Source of the DNA: Desulfatiglandales bacterium
Lineage (GTDB): Bacteria; Desulfobacterota; DSM-4660; Desulfatiglandales; Desulfatiglandaceae
Direction: 5' to 3'
Length of the DNA stretch: 64,000 nt
Assembly: GCA_963666345.1 (NCBI GenBank)
Contig: OY762721.1
Span: 3,264,001 to 3,328,000, forward strand
Shown here: piece by piece, positions 63,682-64,000 of the stretch
Numbering within the stretch: position 1 is the first letter of the stretch
Layout: every line of letters starts with the position of its first letter
Notes under the pieces: generated by a model
What the model was told of the DNA's origin: nothing
Database searches by the model: none
What the model saw: the letters and a program-made list of their open reading frames with translations, nothing else
Position numbers and translations under genes: made by a program

Positions 63682-64000
63682 AACGCATTTTCTTCGCTTA
63701 TTTTGTCCTGCCATGCGTGCCTGCCTCGATTTCATTATAACCATCTAGGCCTCGGTTCAGCCTGTTCCAGCCCGGGGGTTTTAAGTTGCTTCCGGGTGCT
63801 TTTTACCTTTGACCCTCCTGAAATTTTCTTGACAAAAAAATCTTATATAAATATACATATAGATGTATATTCTTATGTTGCATATTGCATGTAATATCTA
63901 TTACTTATTTGGTTCTAATAATGCCACAGCCTCTCTTGCATCATCCCCAGTCGGTTGTCCCAAAATCCAGACATTGTATTTTTCAAGTACAAAAAGTATC

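Overview
A bacterial chromosomal window whose gene content resembles an anaerobic deltaproteobacterium (Desulfobacterota-like; this assignment is inferred). Most of it is housekeeping: tamAB, mpl, rpmB, rel, proS, ispG, PPi-type pfk, mnmA, mtaB, pncB, pyrF, tRNA-Thr, rng, pilC/pilS, a carboxyltransferase and methylmalonyl-CoA mutase cluster, tartrate genes, a cobalamin riboswitch with btuB, and cobT-cobS-cbiR-cobU. The main accessory region (~11.0-19.7 kb) is an integron-type cassette array with about 7 attC-like sites and no integrase in the window. Its cassettes encode defence-like proteins: an NDT-TIR fusion, a second NDT-like protein, a HEPN-motif protein, and a small ORF plus a divergent RelA/SpoT-domain protein. 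A Phd-VapC pair follows the last attC. The most striking element is a 772-nt ORF-less group II intron (15069-15840). It is inserted on the top strand inside an attC core site, and removing it restores GTTAGGC. It has an AGC catalytic triad, and its candidate EBS1 (UAACG) complements the attC core, unlike the known bottom-strand IIC-attC introns. Other observations include a T9 frameshift in the tamA 5' end, an unannotated stand-alone ANTAR ORF, Hsp20 and four-helix-bundle pseudogenes, a candidate structured RNA in a cassette, and several intergenic repeat or MITE-like elements. All calls come from reading the sequence and recognising motifs; no database searches were run.
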